Shown here: one piece after another, positions 40,006 through 50,456 of the stretch
How positions within the stretch are numbered: the stretch's first letter is position 1
Layout of the letters: the number at the start of each line of letters is the position of its first letter
Source of the DNA: an uncultured bacterium
GTDB lineage: Bacteria; Oederibacteriota; JAAXVQ01; JAUVAV01
DNA: 64,000 nucleotides
Direction of reading: 5' to 3'
Assembly: GCA_963710755.1 (NCBI GenBank)
Contig: CAVQBK010000005.1
Span: 1 to 64,000 of the forward strand
The notes under the pieces: model-generated
What the model was told of the DNA's origin: nothing
The model's database searches: none
The model's input: the letters and a program-made list of their open reading frames with translations, nothing else
Position numbers and translations under genes: made by a program

Positions 40006-40346
40006 TTAAAACACCACTACTTTGTCGATTAATTCCAATATCCTTGTGCGAATATGTTCATCTTCCACACCCCGGCTGCGGTTGTTCATGGAAGGACGTA
40101 TATTGATCATGGAATCAAATTCCACAAAATCTTCCCGCGGGTTATCAGGGTACAAATTTATCCCCCAGAGATTTTTTGCTCCGATCCGTTTTGAATCAGC
40201 AGGGATTCCAAGCCGGCTTGCAATTCGGCATCCAGCGCAATCAGCTTTTTTTCCACATCTACCACCGCTTTCACCATGTCACCGAAATAATTGCCTGTCA
40301 TGGCTTTGACTTCATGGATCGTGATCACCTCGCCAATGATTTGCAT
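40006..40346 (-). pseudogene. DUF5674-family gene with a 1-nt frameshift in an A6 tract
   Basis: GGAGG RBS and MQII...MVKAVVDVEK...GSEQK; adding one A at 40172-40177 restores NLWGINLYP..FVEFDSMINIRPS.NNRSRGVED through to TAA at 40006. Confidence 0.8.
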
Positions 40347-40544
40347 GCTCAGATGCCTCCACTTCAAATCAATTCCCCGGGCCCCTGATCAGACTGCTCC
40401 TACGCGGCCACTCAGAATCGGATCGGAGTTGTATCCTTTTCTTTGCAGGTGAGCCCATGTTCCATATTGCGCCTCATCATGGGGAAGGCGGAAGATGACT
40501 ATGCGGTCGTACGGATAGGCTTGAACCATTTGGTTAAACCATGG

Positions 40545-40978
40545 CCGGTCGGGGCTGCGGAAGTCATCGAAGATGACTGCAGCGTCCCTTTTTGATAATA
40601 TCCATTCCGGTCGGGGCTGCGGAAGTCATCGAAGATGGCTGCAGCGTCCCTTTTATATAATATCTATTCCGGTCGGGGCTGCCGAAGGCGTCCCTTTTAT
40701 ACAATATCCGAACCAGTCGGGGCTGCGGAAGTCATCGAAGATGACTGCAGCGTCCCTTTTATATAATATCTATTCTGCTCGGGGCTGCCGAAGGCGTCCC
40801 TTTTATACAATATCCGAACCAGTCGGGGCTGCCGAAGGCGTCCCTTTTTGATAATATCCATTCCGGTCGGGGCTGCGGAAGTCATCGAAGATGACTGAAG
40901 CGTCCCTTTTATATAATATCTATTCTGCTCGGGGCTGCCGAAGGCGTCCCTTTTATACAATATCCGAACTGGTCGGGG
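40545..40978. repeat. tRNA-Pro-linked tandem array of 8 modular units (62,62,44,62,44,44,62,44 bp)
   Basis: TCGGGGCTGC starts at 40549, 40611, 40673, 40717, 40779, 40823, 40867 and 40929; the ninth TCGGGG (40973) is the tRNA 3' end. Confidence 0.95.
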
Positions 40979-41045
40979 TGGAAGGATTCGAACCTTCGGC
41001 CCCCTGCTCCCAAAGCAGGTGCGCTAGCCACTGCGCTACACCCCG
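40970..41045 (-). tRNA. tRNA-Pro(UGG)
   Basis: CGGGGTG acceptor stem, CCTGC-TTTGGGA-GCAGG anticodon arm, GTTCGAATC, ends CACCCCGACCA. Confidence 0.97.
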
Positions 41046-41280
41046 TACACGCAAAGAGTATCATATTTATATCTTTTCATCACTTTTTTCAAGTCATTTT
41101 TTGGATTTTACAATCCCTCTACCAATCATTGGCCCTTTATTTTTATTCACCTCTGTTACCTGAACAACGCAGCGCATCCATGGACTTGTAAAATATTTGT
41201 TCATCACAATAAATGTTTCTTAACCTTTTACCGTGGCTATGACCAGATAGGCACCAACAATGCTACAAAGAGGCTCTATT

Positions 41281-41766
41281 GTGAAACCTGCTGTCTTGGT
41301 ACTGGGACTAGGAAATCCCCTGCTTAGCGATGACACCATTGGCCTGCATATTGTGGAAACAGCCTCCGAACAACTGGGCCCTGCTTTTCCCAATGTCGCT
41401 TTTAAGGTCAACTATTCGGGTAGTTTTGATTTGTTGGAAGACTTGGCCGGGTTTACCCACCTGTTGGTCATTGACAGTATTGATGCACCCAGCCAGCCAC
41501 TGGGATCTGTTTTTGAGTATACCCTGGAGGATTTCCAGGAGCACACCCAGCAGGCTGTGCTCAACTGGCACAGTGTCAATATTCCTACCCTCATTGAGGT
41601 AGGGCGCAAATGTGCCTATGCTCTGCCGGAGACCATTATATTTTTTGGCATCGTGGGCCATCAGTTTATCGCCTTTTCCGAAGAACCGGCATCGGAGCTC
41701 AAGCTTATCATCAAGCAAACCGTAACTGATGTTAAGACCCAGTTAAATAGATGGTTAAATAAATGA
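41281..41766 (+). CDS. Hydrogenase maturation protease
   Basis: VLGLGNPLLSDDTIG, LLVIDS; GTG start after AGAGG (alternative ATG at 41260). Confidence 0.9.
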   Translation: MKPAVLVLGLGNPLLSDDTIGLHIVETASEQLGPAFPNVAFKVNYSGSFDLLEDLAGFTHLLVIDSIDAPSQPLGSVFEYTLEDFQEHTQQAVLNWHSVNIPTLIEVGRKCAYALPETIIFFGIVGHQFIAFSEEPASELKLIIKQTVTDVKTQLNRWLNK

Positions 41767-41805
41767 TGGTTTATTATTTTATTCAACTTCCTAAGTGGTG
41801 GACTG

Positions 41806-43749
41806 ATGCCTAAATTAAAAACCGGTTTGGTCTTGTGTGCCTGTGGCAGCAATATATCCAATTTCATCGACCTTGACGCTATCAGCCAATGGGCCAAGGC
41901 CCAGCATAAAGTTGATTTTGTGGCAACCCACGAATTGCTTTGTTCTCCTGAAGGCAAGGCGTTTATCCGTACCGTTTTCCAAAAACAAAAACCTGACCGT
42001 CTTATTATCGCCGCCTGCTCCCCGCGGCAGCACGAAGCTACCTTTCAACGACTGGCTCAGGAGAGTGGGGCCAATTTGGCTGATGTACAGATGGCCAATA
42101 TCCGTGAATTTTGTGCCTGGGTCACCCCCGACAAAGAAGAGGCCACCAAAAAAGCCATGGCCTTGATCAATGCAGCCATTACCCGCAGCCATGAGCATCA
42201 ACAACTGACCAAACGCAGCATGCCTGTTAATACGGATGTGGTGGTGATTGGCGGCGGCTTGGCAGGCATGGAAGCGGCGCTGCTAGCTTCCCAGGCAGGC
42301 CGGCATGTCACCATTATCGAAAAAAACATCAGCCTCGGCGGCAGGATTATGCAAAGCGAAGACCTGGTGCCCACTCTGGAATGTGCACCCTGTTTGATTT
42401 CACCACGCTTATTTGCCGTTAAAGACGATCCCAACATCACCGTCTTGGCCAATGCGGAAGTTAAAGAAATAATGGGTTTTTATGGCAATTTCACGGTCCA
42501 AGGGGTGCGCCAAGCCCGCTTTGTCAACGAGTCTTGTATCGGCTGCGAAGCTTGTTTTGAGGCTTGCCCGGTCTCCGTGAAAAGCGATTTCCATCTTGGT
42601 CTGGGCAACCGCAAGGCTGTGTACACTCTTTTTCCCGGGGCTGTGCCGGCCACGGCTGCCATTGACCCGGAACATTGTCTTCATTTTCAAAATGGTGATT
42701 GTCAGGCTTGCGCTGAAGTCTGTCCCTTCTCTTCCATTGACTTCGAAGAAAAAGAACACCCCTTCAGCTTGACTGCAGGGGCGATCATTTTGGCCACAGG
42801 ATTTGACAGCACCATAACCAAAGGCCTGGACCGTTTGGGCTATCACCTCAGCGAGCAGGTGGTCACCTTGCCTGAGTTTGAACGGCTAATTAATTCCAGC
42901 GGGCCCACCCAAGGACAACTTACCCTGGCCAATGGCCAGGCTCCCAAATCCATTGCAATTATTCACTGCGCTGGATCACTCAGCCAGGAGGGCCTTCCTT
43001 ATTGTTCCGGTATTTGCTGCCAGTTGTCTCTGAAAGTGGATGAGTTGGCGCGAAAACAATTGCCCCACCTGCAAGTGGTTCATCTCCATGACAGGCTGGT
43101 CCTGGATAATGTACCTAGCCAGCAGTTTTATGAAACCCAGGTCAACCACGGGTCGCGTTTCATTAAAACCGCGCATTTGGATCAACTCCAAGTAAAATCC
43201 AAGGGCCGGGCCTTGAAGATTAGTGGTAAGGATTTTTCTTCGCTCACCGTGGATATGGTGGTTTTGGTTACAGGTATGATGCCCGGCAAAGATACGGCCG
43301 CGCTCGCCGACCTGGCCCATGTGGACCAAAACCAAGAAGGTTTTTTCAAGGCCGAGCAGTACTTCCTCAGGCAAAACAACACTACTGCTGATGGCATCTA
43401 TGCGGTTGGCGGTTGCAGTGGTCCCTGCATGCTCACCCAGGCGGTGACCCAGGCCAAGGCTGCCGCCGGCGATATTGTCAGCCGGCTCGTGCCGGGCCGT
43501 CAGATCGAGCTGGAAACCATGACCGCTCATATCAACGCCGAGGTTTGCAGTGGCTGCAAGCTTTGTATTGCCTCCTGCCCTTACCGTGCCATCAAGTTCC
43601 ATGATAAGGAGCATGTTTCAGAAGTGAATGAAGCCATTTGCCGCGGCTGCGGCACTTGCGCGGCCAATTGTCCCAGCGGAGCGGCGCAAGCGCGTCATTT
43701 TACCCATGAGCAATTGGAAGCTGAATTGAACGGGGTGCTGCATGAGTGA
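41806..43749 (+). CDS. hdrA: Heterodisulfide reductase subunit A-like flavo-iron-sulfur protein
   Basis: CACGSNI, AACSPRQHE, NIREFCAW, GGGLAG, inserted and C-terminal ferredoxin motifs, YCSGICC. Confidence 0.93.
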   Translation: MPKLKTGLVLCACGSNISNFIDLDAISQWAKAQHKVDFVATHELLCSPEGKAFIRTVFQKQKPDRLIIAACSPRQHEATFQRLAQESGANLADVQMANIREFCAWVTPDKEEATKKAMALINAAITRSHEHQQLTKRSMPVNTDVVVIGGGLAGMEAALLASQAGRHVTIIEKNISLGGRIMQSEDLVPTLECAPCLISPRLFAVKDDPNITVLANAEVKEIMGFYGNFTVQGVRQARFVNESCIGCEACFEACPVSVKSDFHLGLGNRKAVYTLFPGAVPATAAIDPEHCLHFQNGDCQACAEVCPFSSIDFEEKEHPFSLTAGAIILATGFDSTITKGLDRLGYHLSEQVVTLPEFERLINSSGPTQGQLTLANGQAPKSIAIIHCAGSLSQEGLPYCSGICCQLSLKVDELARKQLPHLQVVHLHDRLVLDNVPSQQFYETQVNHGSRFIKTAHLDQLQVKSKGRALKISGKDFSSLTVDMVVLVTGMMPGKDTAALADLAHVDQNQEGFFKAEQYFLRQNNTTADGIYAVGGCSGPCMLTQAVTQAKAAAGDIVSRLVPGRQIELETMTAHINAEVCSGCKLCIASCPYRAIKFHDKEHVSEVNEAICRGCGTCAANCPSGAAQARHFTHEQLEAELNGVLHE

Positions 43750-44173
43750 GTTTCAGCCAAAAATCATTGCCTTTTTATGCAATTGGTGCGCCTACGGCGG
43801 GGCCGATCAGGCCGGTGGTTCCAAACTAACCTATTCTGCCAACGTAACCCCCATTCGGGTCATGTGCAGCGGCCGGGTGGACCCGCAATTGGTCATGCAG
43901 GCTTATCAGAAAGGAGCAGACGCTGTTATGGTGCTCGGCTGCCATCCCGGCGACTGCCATTACCGCGATGGCAACCTAAAAGCCCGCAGGCGCTTTACCC
44001 TCTTTCAAAAAATGCTGCGCCAATTCGGCATCCACGAGGACCGGTTTTTGCTCGATTGGGTGGCTGCCTCGGAAGGTAAGAAGTTCCAGCGCTTGGCTAA
44101 TGAAATCACGGAACGTATTAAAGTGCTTGGCCCCCTGGAATTAAAAGGCTGGGTGGACGAGGGGGCAGCCTAA
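43742..44173 (+). CDS. mvhD: Methyl-viologen-reducing hydrogenase delta subunit
   Basis: FLCNWCAYGGAD, RVMCSGRVDP, GCHPGDCHY. Confidence 0.95.
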   Translation: MSEFQPKIIAFLCNWCAYGGADQAGGSKLTYSANVTPIRVMCSGRVDPQLVMQAYQKGADAVMVLGCHPGDCHYRDGNLKARRRFTLFQKMLRQFGIHEDRFLLDWVAASEGKKFQRLANEITERIKVLGPLELKGWVDEGAA

Positions 44174-45246
44174 TGAAAAAAACAACTAAAAAAACCTCTT
44201 CTAAAAAAAGTGTGCATCCCAAAACGGCGGCCCGGCCTAAACCCAAAGCCGTTAAAAAAACCATGAAAAAACCGGTTGCCAAACCCAAAGTCGCTTTTTA
44301 TTGGTGCTCTTCCTGCGGTGGCTGTGAAGAAACCATTGTGGATTTCAATGAAAAGCTGCTGGACGTGGTGGGACTGGTGGATATTGTGTTTTGGCCTTGT
44401 GCTCTGGATTTCAAAACCAGTGATGTGGAAGCCATGGCAGACCAAAGCCTGGCGGCAGCGTTTATCAATGGCGCCATCCGCACCTCCGAACAGGAGACCA
44501 TGGTTCAATTGCTTAGAAAAAAAGCCAAGCTCGTGGTGGCCTTTGGCAGTTGCGCTTCTCAGGGTGGCCTACCGGCCCTGGCCAACCTCACCAATAAAGA
44601 GGCCATTTTAAACCGGGCGTATGTGGAGACGGAAACCACGGTTAATCCGGAAGGTGTGCTGCCCCAGGAAAAATGGACGGACAACGACGTCACCCTGACC
44701 TTGCCCCGCTTTTACGACAGTGTCTCCAAGTTGGATGATGTTATTAGGGTAGATTATTATCTTCCCGGCTGCCCGCCTACAGTCCGTTTAGTGGAAGGCG
44801 CCCTACAAGCCCTTTTAAGCGGCCAATTGCCGCCGGCCGGCACGGTGCTGGCCCCCAACCGCGCCTTGTGTTTCAGTTGTACCCGCAATAGCAGCAAACC
44901 TGACCATCTCACGATCAGTGAATTGAAGCGGGTTCATCAGGTCGAGCTTGATCCTGAGCGCTGTTTTTTAGCCCAAGGCGTATTGTGCATGGGACCGGCC
45001 ACCCGTGATGGATGCGGCCAAATGTGCATCAACGGTCACATGCCCTGCACCGGTTGTTTTGGCCCGCTGGACAACATTGATCAAGGTGCCAAATTTTTAG
45101 CGGCCATTGGCGGCTTATATCAAGGTCAGGGCCAACCAGAAGCCCAGCGCCTGGCGAACAGCATCCCTGATCCAGCCGGGACCTTTTACCGCTACGGACT
45201 GGCCGGTGCCCTGCTGGGAAAAAGAAAACCAATTCCAAAAGAGTAG
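44173..45246 (+). CDS. mvhG: [NiFe] group 3c hydrogenase small subunit
   Basis: CSSCGGC, AFGSCA, PGCPP, CFLAQGVLCMGPATRDGC, PCTGCFG; Lys-rich N-terminal extension. Confidence 0.93.
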   Translation: MKKTTKKTSSKKSVHPKTAARPKPKAVKKTMKKPVAKPKVAFYWCSSCGGCEETIVDFNEKLLDVVGLVDIVFWPCALDFKTSDVEAMADQSLAAAFINGAIRTSEQETMVQLLRKKAKLVVAFGSCASQGGLPALANLTNKEAILNRAYVETETTVNPEGVLPQEKWTDNDVTLTLPRFYDSVSKLDDVIRVDYYLPGCPPTVRLVEGALQALLSGQLPPAGTVLAPNRALCFSCTRNSSKPDHLTISELKRVHQVELDPERCFLAQGVLCMGPATRDGCGQMCINGHMPCTGCFGPLDNIDQGAKFLAAIGGLYQGQGQPEAQRLANSIPDPAGTFYRYGLAGALLGKRKPIPKE

Positions 45247-45288
45247 TCCCTTACTTCAAGGGGTCACACTGATCTCAGGAGTCAGATC

Positions 45289-46788
45289 ATGCCAAAAAAA
45301 ATTACCATTGATCCTGTCACCCGTTTGGAAGGCCACGGCAAAATAGAAATTTTTCTCAATGATGACGGCAATGTGGACAAAGCTTACTTTCAAATTCCTG
45401 AATTGCGCGGTTTTGAAAAATTCGTTGAAGGCCGTCCGGCGGAGGATATGCCACAGATCACCTCGCGTATTTGCGGGGTCTGCCCCAGTGCCCATCATAT
45501 GGCCTCCACCAAAGCACTGGACAGCCTCTACGGCGTGGAGCCGCCCCTGACGGCCCGGTTAATCCGCCAGGTTTTTTATGATCTGTTTATGTATGAAGAT
45601 CATTTACTGCATTTTTTCTTCCTTGGCGGACCGGATTTCATTGTTGGTCCCGATGCGCCCAAGGCCCAGCGTAACATCCTGGGTGTGATTGACAAGGTTG
45701 GCGTTGAGACGGGAAAAAAGGTCATTGCCACCCGCAGTCAAGCGCGGGCGTTGATGGAAGCACTGGGCGGCAAAGTCATTCATCCGGTATTGGGCTTGCC
45801 CGGAGGGGTGGCCAAGCCCATGAGCAAAGACGTACAGCAAGAGCTGAAACGCTTTGCCCGGGAAGCTGTGGGCTTTGCCCAGTTTGCCCTGCAAGCCTTT
45901 CATACCTTGGTAGTCGAAAATAAGAATTATGTAGAGATGATTCTTTCCGAGGGGTTCACCCAAAAAACCTATTATATGGGTCTGGTGGATGAGCGCAATC
46001 AGATTAACTTCTACGACGGCCATCTGCGTATCATGACCCCCGGCGGTCAGGAATGGAAAAAATTCCATCCTAAATATTATCAACAAGTGCTGAGTGAACA
46101 TGTCGAACCTTGGTCTTATATCAAATTCCCTTATCTTAAAGACCTGGGATGGCATGGGTTCTTTGCTGATGACACCAACGGATTGTACCGGGTGGCTCCC
46201 CTAGCCCGTCTTAATGCCACGGAAGGCATGCCCACACCTCTGGCCCAGGCGGAGTATGAGCGCTTTTACGACACCCTGGGTGGCAAACCAATCCATCACA
46301 CCCTGGCTATCCATTGGGCCCGCCTGATCGAAACGCTCTATGCCGCAGAACATTTGGTGATTCTCGCTGATCAGGCCGAGCTGCTTGGGGATCACATCCG
46401 CAATATGGACCTGCAACCGCCCCGTGAAGGTATCGGCGTGGTAGAAGCCCCCAGAGGCACCCTGATTCACCATTACACCACCGATGACCAAGGACTCATG
46501 AAAACAGCCAACTTAATCGTGGCCTCCCAGCATAATAGTGCCGCCATGTGCCTGGCAATCGAACAGTCGGCCCGGGCCCTGATTCATGATGGCGTGGTGA
46601 ATGACGGCTTGCTCAACAAAATCGAGATGGCTTTTCGTGCCTTTGATCCCTGTTTTGGCTGCGCCACCCACTGCCTGCCCGGCAAACTCCCTTTGGCCGT
46701 GAGCATTAAAAACCACAGCGGGCAAAACCTCATGCGCCTGCTGCGTGATCATCAAGGGGTGGAAAGAACATTGACAGATAAAAGCTAG
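45289..46788 (+). CDS. mvhA: [NiFe] group 3c hydrogenase large subunit
   Basis: [11 protein letters not shown]1 [16 protein letters not shown]2 DPCFGCATH plus cleavable C-terminal extension. Confidence 0.95.
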   Translation: MPKKITIDPVTRLEGHGKIEIFLNDDGNVDKAYFQIPELRGFEKFVEGRPAEDMPQITSRICGVCPSAHHMASTKALDSLYGVEPPLTARLIRQVFYDLFMYEDHLLHFFFLGGPDFIVGPDAPKAQRNILGVIDKVGVETGKKVIATRSQARALMEALGGKVIHPVLGLPGGVAKPMSKDVQQELKRFAREAVGFAQFALQAFHTLVVENKNYVEMILSEGFTQKTYYMGLVDERNQINFYDGHLRIMTPGGQEWKKFHPKYYQQVLSEHVEPWSYIKFPYLKDLGWHGFFADDTNGLYRVAPLARLNATEGMPTPLAQAEYERFYDTLGGKPIHHTLAIHWARLIETLYAAEHLVILADQAELLGDHIRNMDLQPPREGIGVVEAPRGTLIHHYTTDDQGLMKTANLIVASQHNSAAMCLAIEQSARALIHDGVVNDGLLNKIEMAFRAFDPCFGCATHCLPGKLPLAVSIKNHSGQNLMRLLRDHQGVERTLTDKS

Positions 46789-46829
46789 CGCCTTAAAATG
46801 CCTGCATGTTATTGAAGAGGATTTAAGCG

Positions 46830-47048
46830 ATGGCTGTTATGTTGGATTGCAAAGCGTTATATTATCCCCGGCCTATTCTTAAAACCGCGCTGAAATTAAG
46901 AACCCTTCCCCAAGGCACCATGTTGGAAGTACATGCCGATGGCATAAGTTTTCCCGCCCAACGCCGGGAATGGTGCAAGGCCACGGGCCGGCCACTGATC
47001 AACCTTACCGAAGCTGATCGTCATGTCGTGGCCACACTGCGCAGTTGA
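46830..47048 (+). CDS. TusA/SirA-like protein lacking the CPxP cysteine
   Basis: LDCKALYYPRPILK...LEVHAD...WC. Confidence 0.75.
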   Translation: MAVMLDCKALYYPRPILKTALKLRTLPQGTMLEVHADGISFPAQRREWCKATGRPLINLTEADRHVVATLRS

Positions 47049-47060
47049 AATCAGGTTGCC

Positions 47061-47429
47061 ATGCATGAATTTTCTATTTGTGAAAATCTTGTTCAAACCA
47101 TCCTGCAACAATTGCAACAACAGGATCCGCTGCCAACCAAAGTCCTCACCGTCAAGGTGGTTATCGGAAGGCTTCGCCAAGTAGTGCCGGATTATTTGGA
47201 GTTTGCCTACCAGACCCTTAGCCAAGACACGCTGCTGCAGGGCTCCATACTGGAGATCGAACAGTTGCCCATTCGCTTAAAATGCCGTCATTGCGGCGCC
47301 GAAAACGGAACCGACAGTCCTGTGTTTCAATGTCCACGCTGCGGATCCAGGGATTTGGAAACTGTGGCAGGCATGGAATTATATTTAGAATCTATCGAGG
47401 TGGAATCCAATTATGAGTCAAACCATTAA
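47061..47429 (+). CDS. hypA: Hydrogenase nickel metallochaperone
   Basis: MHEFSI, two CxxC motifs, GMELYLESIEVE. Confidence 0.96.
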   Translation: MHEFSICENLVQTILQQLQQQDPLPTKVLTVKVVIGRLRQVVPDYLEFAYQTLSQDTLLQGSILEIEQLPIRLKCRHCGAENGTDSPVFQCPRCGSRDLETVAGMELYLESIEVESNYESNH

Positions 47430-48069
47430 AATTTACAAAGATCTTATGGGGGCCAACGACGAATGGGCCGCCAAAACCCGCGCTGTATTGAAAGACAAAG
47501 CGCTGCCCATGGTCAATATCATCGGTTCGCCAGGTGCCGGCAAAACAGCCGTGCTCGAGAAAACCGCCCAACTTCTGAGCGGCCAATTCAAATTCGCTGT
47601 ACTGGAAGGCGATGTGGAAACCACCAAGGACGCCGAGCGGATGGCTGCCTTGTCCATTCCAGTCAGTCAATTATTGACCGGCGGCGCCTGCCATCTGGAA
47701 GCCAAACTGGTCCACCATGCCTTGGTGGAGCTGCCGCTCGATAACCTTAACATGGTGGTGGTGGAAAACGTGGGCAACCTGGTTTGCCCCGCCGAATTTG
47801 ACATCGGAGAATTGATGAAAATCGCCGTGCTCTCCGTGACGGAAGGCGAAGAAAAAGCCCTCAAGTATCCCTTGCTTTTCCGCGAAGCCAAGGCTATTGT
47901 GATCACCAAAATCGACCTATTACCTCATCTGCCGTTTAATCTTGACCGCTGTCTGGAAGCTATTCGTCAAATCAATCCCCACAGCCCAGTTTTTCAAGTA
48001 TCCAGTTACAAGGGCACAGGCATGCAGGAATGGGCTTCATGGTTTTCCAAGCTGAGCCTCTCGGCCTGA
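47413..48069 (+). CDS. hypB: Hydrogenase nickel incorporation GTPase
   Basis: GSPGAGKT, GACHL, ENVGNLVCPA, TKIDL. Confidence 0.97.
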   Translation: MSQTIKIYKDLMGANDEWAAKTRAVLKDKALPMVNIIGSPGAGKTAVLEKTAQLLSGQFKFAVLEGDVETTKDAERMAALSIPVSQLLTGGACHLEAKLVHHALVELPLDNLNMVVVENVGNLVCPAEFDIGELMKIAVLSVTEGEEKALKYPLLFREAKAIVITKIDLLPHLPFNLDRCLEAIRQINPHSPVFQVSSYKGTGMQEWASWFSKLSLSA

Positions 48070-48072
48070 AAA

Positions 48073-50337
48073 ATGCCGGAACGTCTGCGTTTTAAAATTG
48101 CTGGCCGCGTGCAGGGCGTGGGCTTCCGCCCTGCCATTTACCGGTTGGCCACCAGCCTTGGTTTAACAGGATGGGTACGCAACACTGTCCAGGGCGTGGT
48201 GGTGGAAGTGGAAGGTGAAAATGCCGAATTGGACGAATTTAAAACCCGCCTTCCCCTCAGCTATCCTCCCATGGCCAAGGTTTCGGCCTTGGCGGTTGAA
48301 GCACTACCTGCAGAACATAGTCAGACCTTTACCGTAGATCCAAGCACCCGTTCCGGAGAGGTCTCAACCGGCATGCCTCCTGATATTGCCACCTGTCCCG
48401 ATTGTATCAAGGAATTACGCGATCCCCAAAACAAGCGTTTTGCTTATCCCTTCATTAATTGCACCAACTGTGGTCCTCGTTTTACCATTATTTCTGCTCT
48501 ACCCTACGATCGGCCCCTAACCTCCATGCACGACTTTGCGCTCTGCCCGGACTGCGCTCGTGACTACGCCGATCCCCTGGACCGCCGTTTTGAAGCCCAG
48601 CCCATTGCCTGCCCTGATTGTGGGCCGGTGTTGCAGCTTCTTGACGGCCATGGTGCGGTGATATCGCCTGCCGACCCCCTGGGCGGTTTGATCGCAGCCC
48701 TCAACCAAGGCCGCATTGCAGCCATTAAAGGCCTGGGCGGATTTCATTTATGCTGTGAGGCAGGCAATGAGCAAGCTATTACCCGCTTGCGAACGCGAAA
48801 GCACCGGCCGCACAAGGCTCTGGCCGTCATGTTTCGCTCCCTGGAGGAATTATTGACTTATTGCGAGGCCGGCCCTCTGGAACAAGAACTTCTAACCTCA
48901 CCGGCAGCGCCTATCGTGCTCTTGCAGCGTGCACCTGGATGTCCTTTGCCTCAATCCATTGCCCCTGATACCAATACTATTGGCGCTTTTTTGCCTTACA
49001 CACCTTTGCATCACCTGTTACTGTCTCAAATAAGCCCTTTGATCATGACCAGTGCCAATATCAGTGACGAGCCCATGGCCATGACAGAACCTGACCTGCA
49101 CGGCCTGTTAGGACCGATCGCAGACCTGGCCCTCATCCATAACCGTCCCATTCTCAGACGGGCCGACGATTCGGTCATGGCGGTGAGAGGAAATGCACCG
49201 GTCATGCTCCGCCGCTCCCGGGGCATAGTCCCTGAGCCCTTGCTACTGCCCTTTTCCGGGCCCAGTGTTTTGGCCTGCGGCAGTGATATGAAAAACACCT
49301 TTGCCCTGACCAAGGCCAACCAGGTAGTGCTCTCCCAATATATCGGCGATCTCGCCGACCGCCATACCAAATTGTTCTATCAGCAGCAAATCGGGGATTT
49401 AAAACACCTGCTTCAGGTTACCCCGGCCTTGGTGGTGCATGATCTTCATCCTGGTTATGTTTCCAGTACTTTGGCTTCCACTTTGGCCGAAGCACCGCTG
49501 CTGGCGGTCCAGCATCATCACGCTCATCTGGCCGCCTGTATGGCGGAACACCAATTGACGCAACCGGTCATCGGCCTCATTCTCGATGGCACTGGTTATG
49601 GCAGCGACAGTCATCTCTGGGGCGGAGAAGTTTTGGTCGGTGATTATACCGGCTTCACACGACCGCTGCATTTCGAAGAAGTGCCCCTGCCTGGTCTGGA
49701 GCAAGCCATTCTCCACCCCAGCCGTATGGCCTATGCTTACCTTTTTTCGGTCTTTGGTCCTGAGGACGCGCTCAGCTATGGGCAGCACTGGTTGCCGGCT
49801 TTATCCAGTGAAGAGATGGACCTTCTCAATCAAATGCTGACCCATGGGGTGCGTAGTCCCTTGACCTCAAGTGCCGGCCGCCTCTTTGATGCTGTGGCGG
49901 CCTTACTGGGGTTTGACAATCCGGTCACCTATGAAGGCCAGGCCGCCGTTCGCCTGGAAGCTCTGGCCAAGTCCACGGTCTTGCAGGAACATTATACTTT
50001 CGAGCTCCATCATGACCGCATCAGTTTTAAAAGCATGCTGGCCGGCCTGGTATCGGATTTGCAACATCACCTGGCCAAAGAACGAATAGCCGCTAAATTT
50101 CACAGCACCGTGGTGCAGGCCTTGCTGGCTGCTGCCTTAAGGGTACGTGAGGAAACCGGGCTGGAAGATGTGATTCTCTCCGGTGGCGTCTTCCAAAACA
50201 AAGTGGTATTGGAGGCCGGCCTGAATACCCTGGGCCGAGCGGGATTTAAGGTTTATACGCACCATCAGGTACCCACCCATGATGGCGGCCTGGCCCTGGG
50301 ACAGGCCGCCATTGGTATGGCCAAATTACAACCATAG
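48073..50337 (+). CDS. hypF: Carbamoyltransferase
   Basis: GRVQGVGFRP, zinc fingers CTNCGPR, KGLGGFHL, HDLHPGY, QHHHAH, DGGLALGQ. Confidence 0.97.
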   Translation: MPERLRFKIAGRVQGVGFRPAIYRLATSLGLTGWVRNTVQGVVVEVEGENAELDEFKTRLPLSYPPMAKVSALAVEALPAEHSQTFTVDPSTRSGEVSTGMPPDIATCPDCIKELRDPQNKRFAYPFINCTNCGPRFTIISALPYDRPLTSMHDFALCPDCARDYADPLDRRFEAQPIACPDCGPVLQLLDGHGAVISPADPLGGLIAALNQGRIAAIKGLGGFHLCCEAGNEQAITRLRTRKHRPHKALAVMFRSLEELLTYCEAGPLEQELLTSPAAPIVLLQRAPGCPLPQSIAPDTNTIGAFLPYTPLHHLLLSQISPLIMTSANISDEPMAMTEPDLHGLLGPIADLALIHNRPILRRADDSVMAVRGNAPVMLRRSRGIVPEPLLLPFSGPSVLACGSDMKNTFALTKANQVVLSQYIGDLADRHTKLFYQQQIGDLKHLLQVTPALVVHDLHPGYVSSTLASTLAEAPLLAVQHHHAHLAACMAEHQLTQPVIGLILDGTGYGSDSHLWGGEVLVGDYTGFTRPLHFEEVPLPGLEQAILHPSRMAYAYLFSVFGPEDALSYGQHWLPALSSEEMDLLNQMLTHGVRSPLTSSAGRLFDAVAALLGFDNPVTYEGQAAVRLEALAKSTVLQEHYTFELHHDRISFKSMLAGLVSDLQHHLAKERIAAKFHSTVVQALLAAALRVREETGLEDVILSGGVFQNKVVLEAGLNTLGRAGFKVYTHHQVPTHDGGLALGQAAIGMAKLQP

Positions 50338-50456
50338 GTCAGCAACCTGGGTCACAGACATGGTGGTGACCTAGAAGCCATTTAAGCCATTATCCAAAAC
50401 CATGATTTATGATATACTTAGCCCCAATAGTCAATCTCTTAGTGGAGTGTAAACCT

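Noticed and set aside
40545-40978. Array as a CRISPR locus
   Set aside because: The intervening segments are about 18 nt, recur as a few related variants rather than unique spacers, and no cas genes are in the window
40573-41163. ORFs 40573-40851, 40697-40960 and 40891-41163
   Set aside because: They are translations of the tandem repeat and of the tRNA antisense strand
41186-41212. Rex/FNR-like operator upstream of the hydrogenase operon
   Set aside because: Only one half-site resembles the consensus; too weak to call
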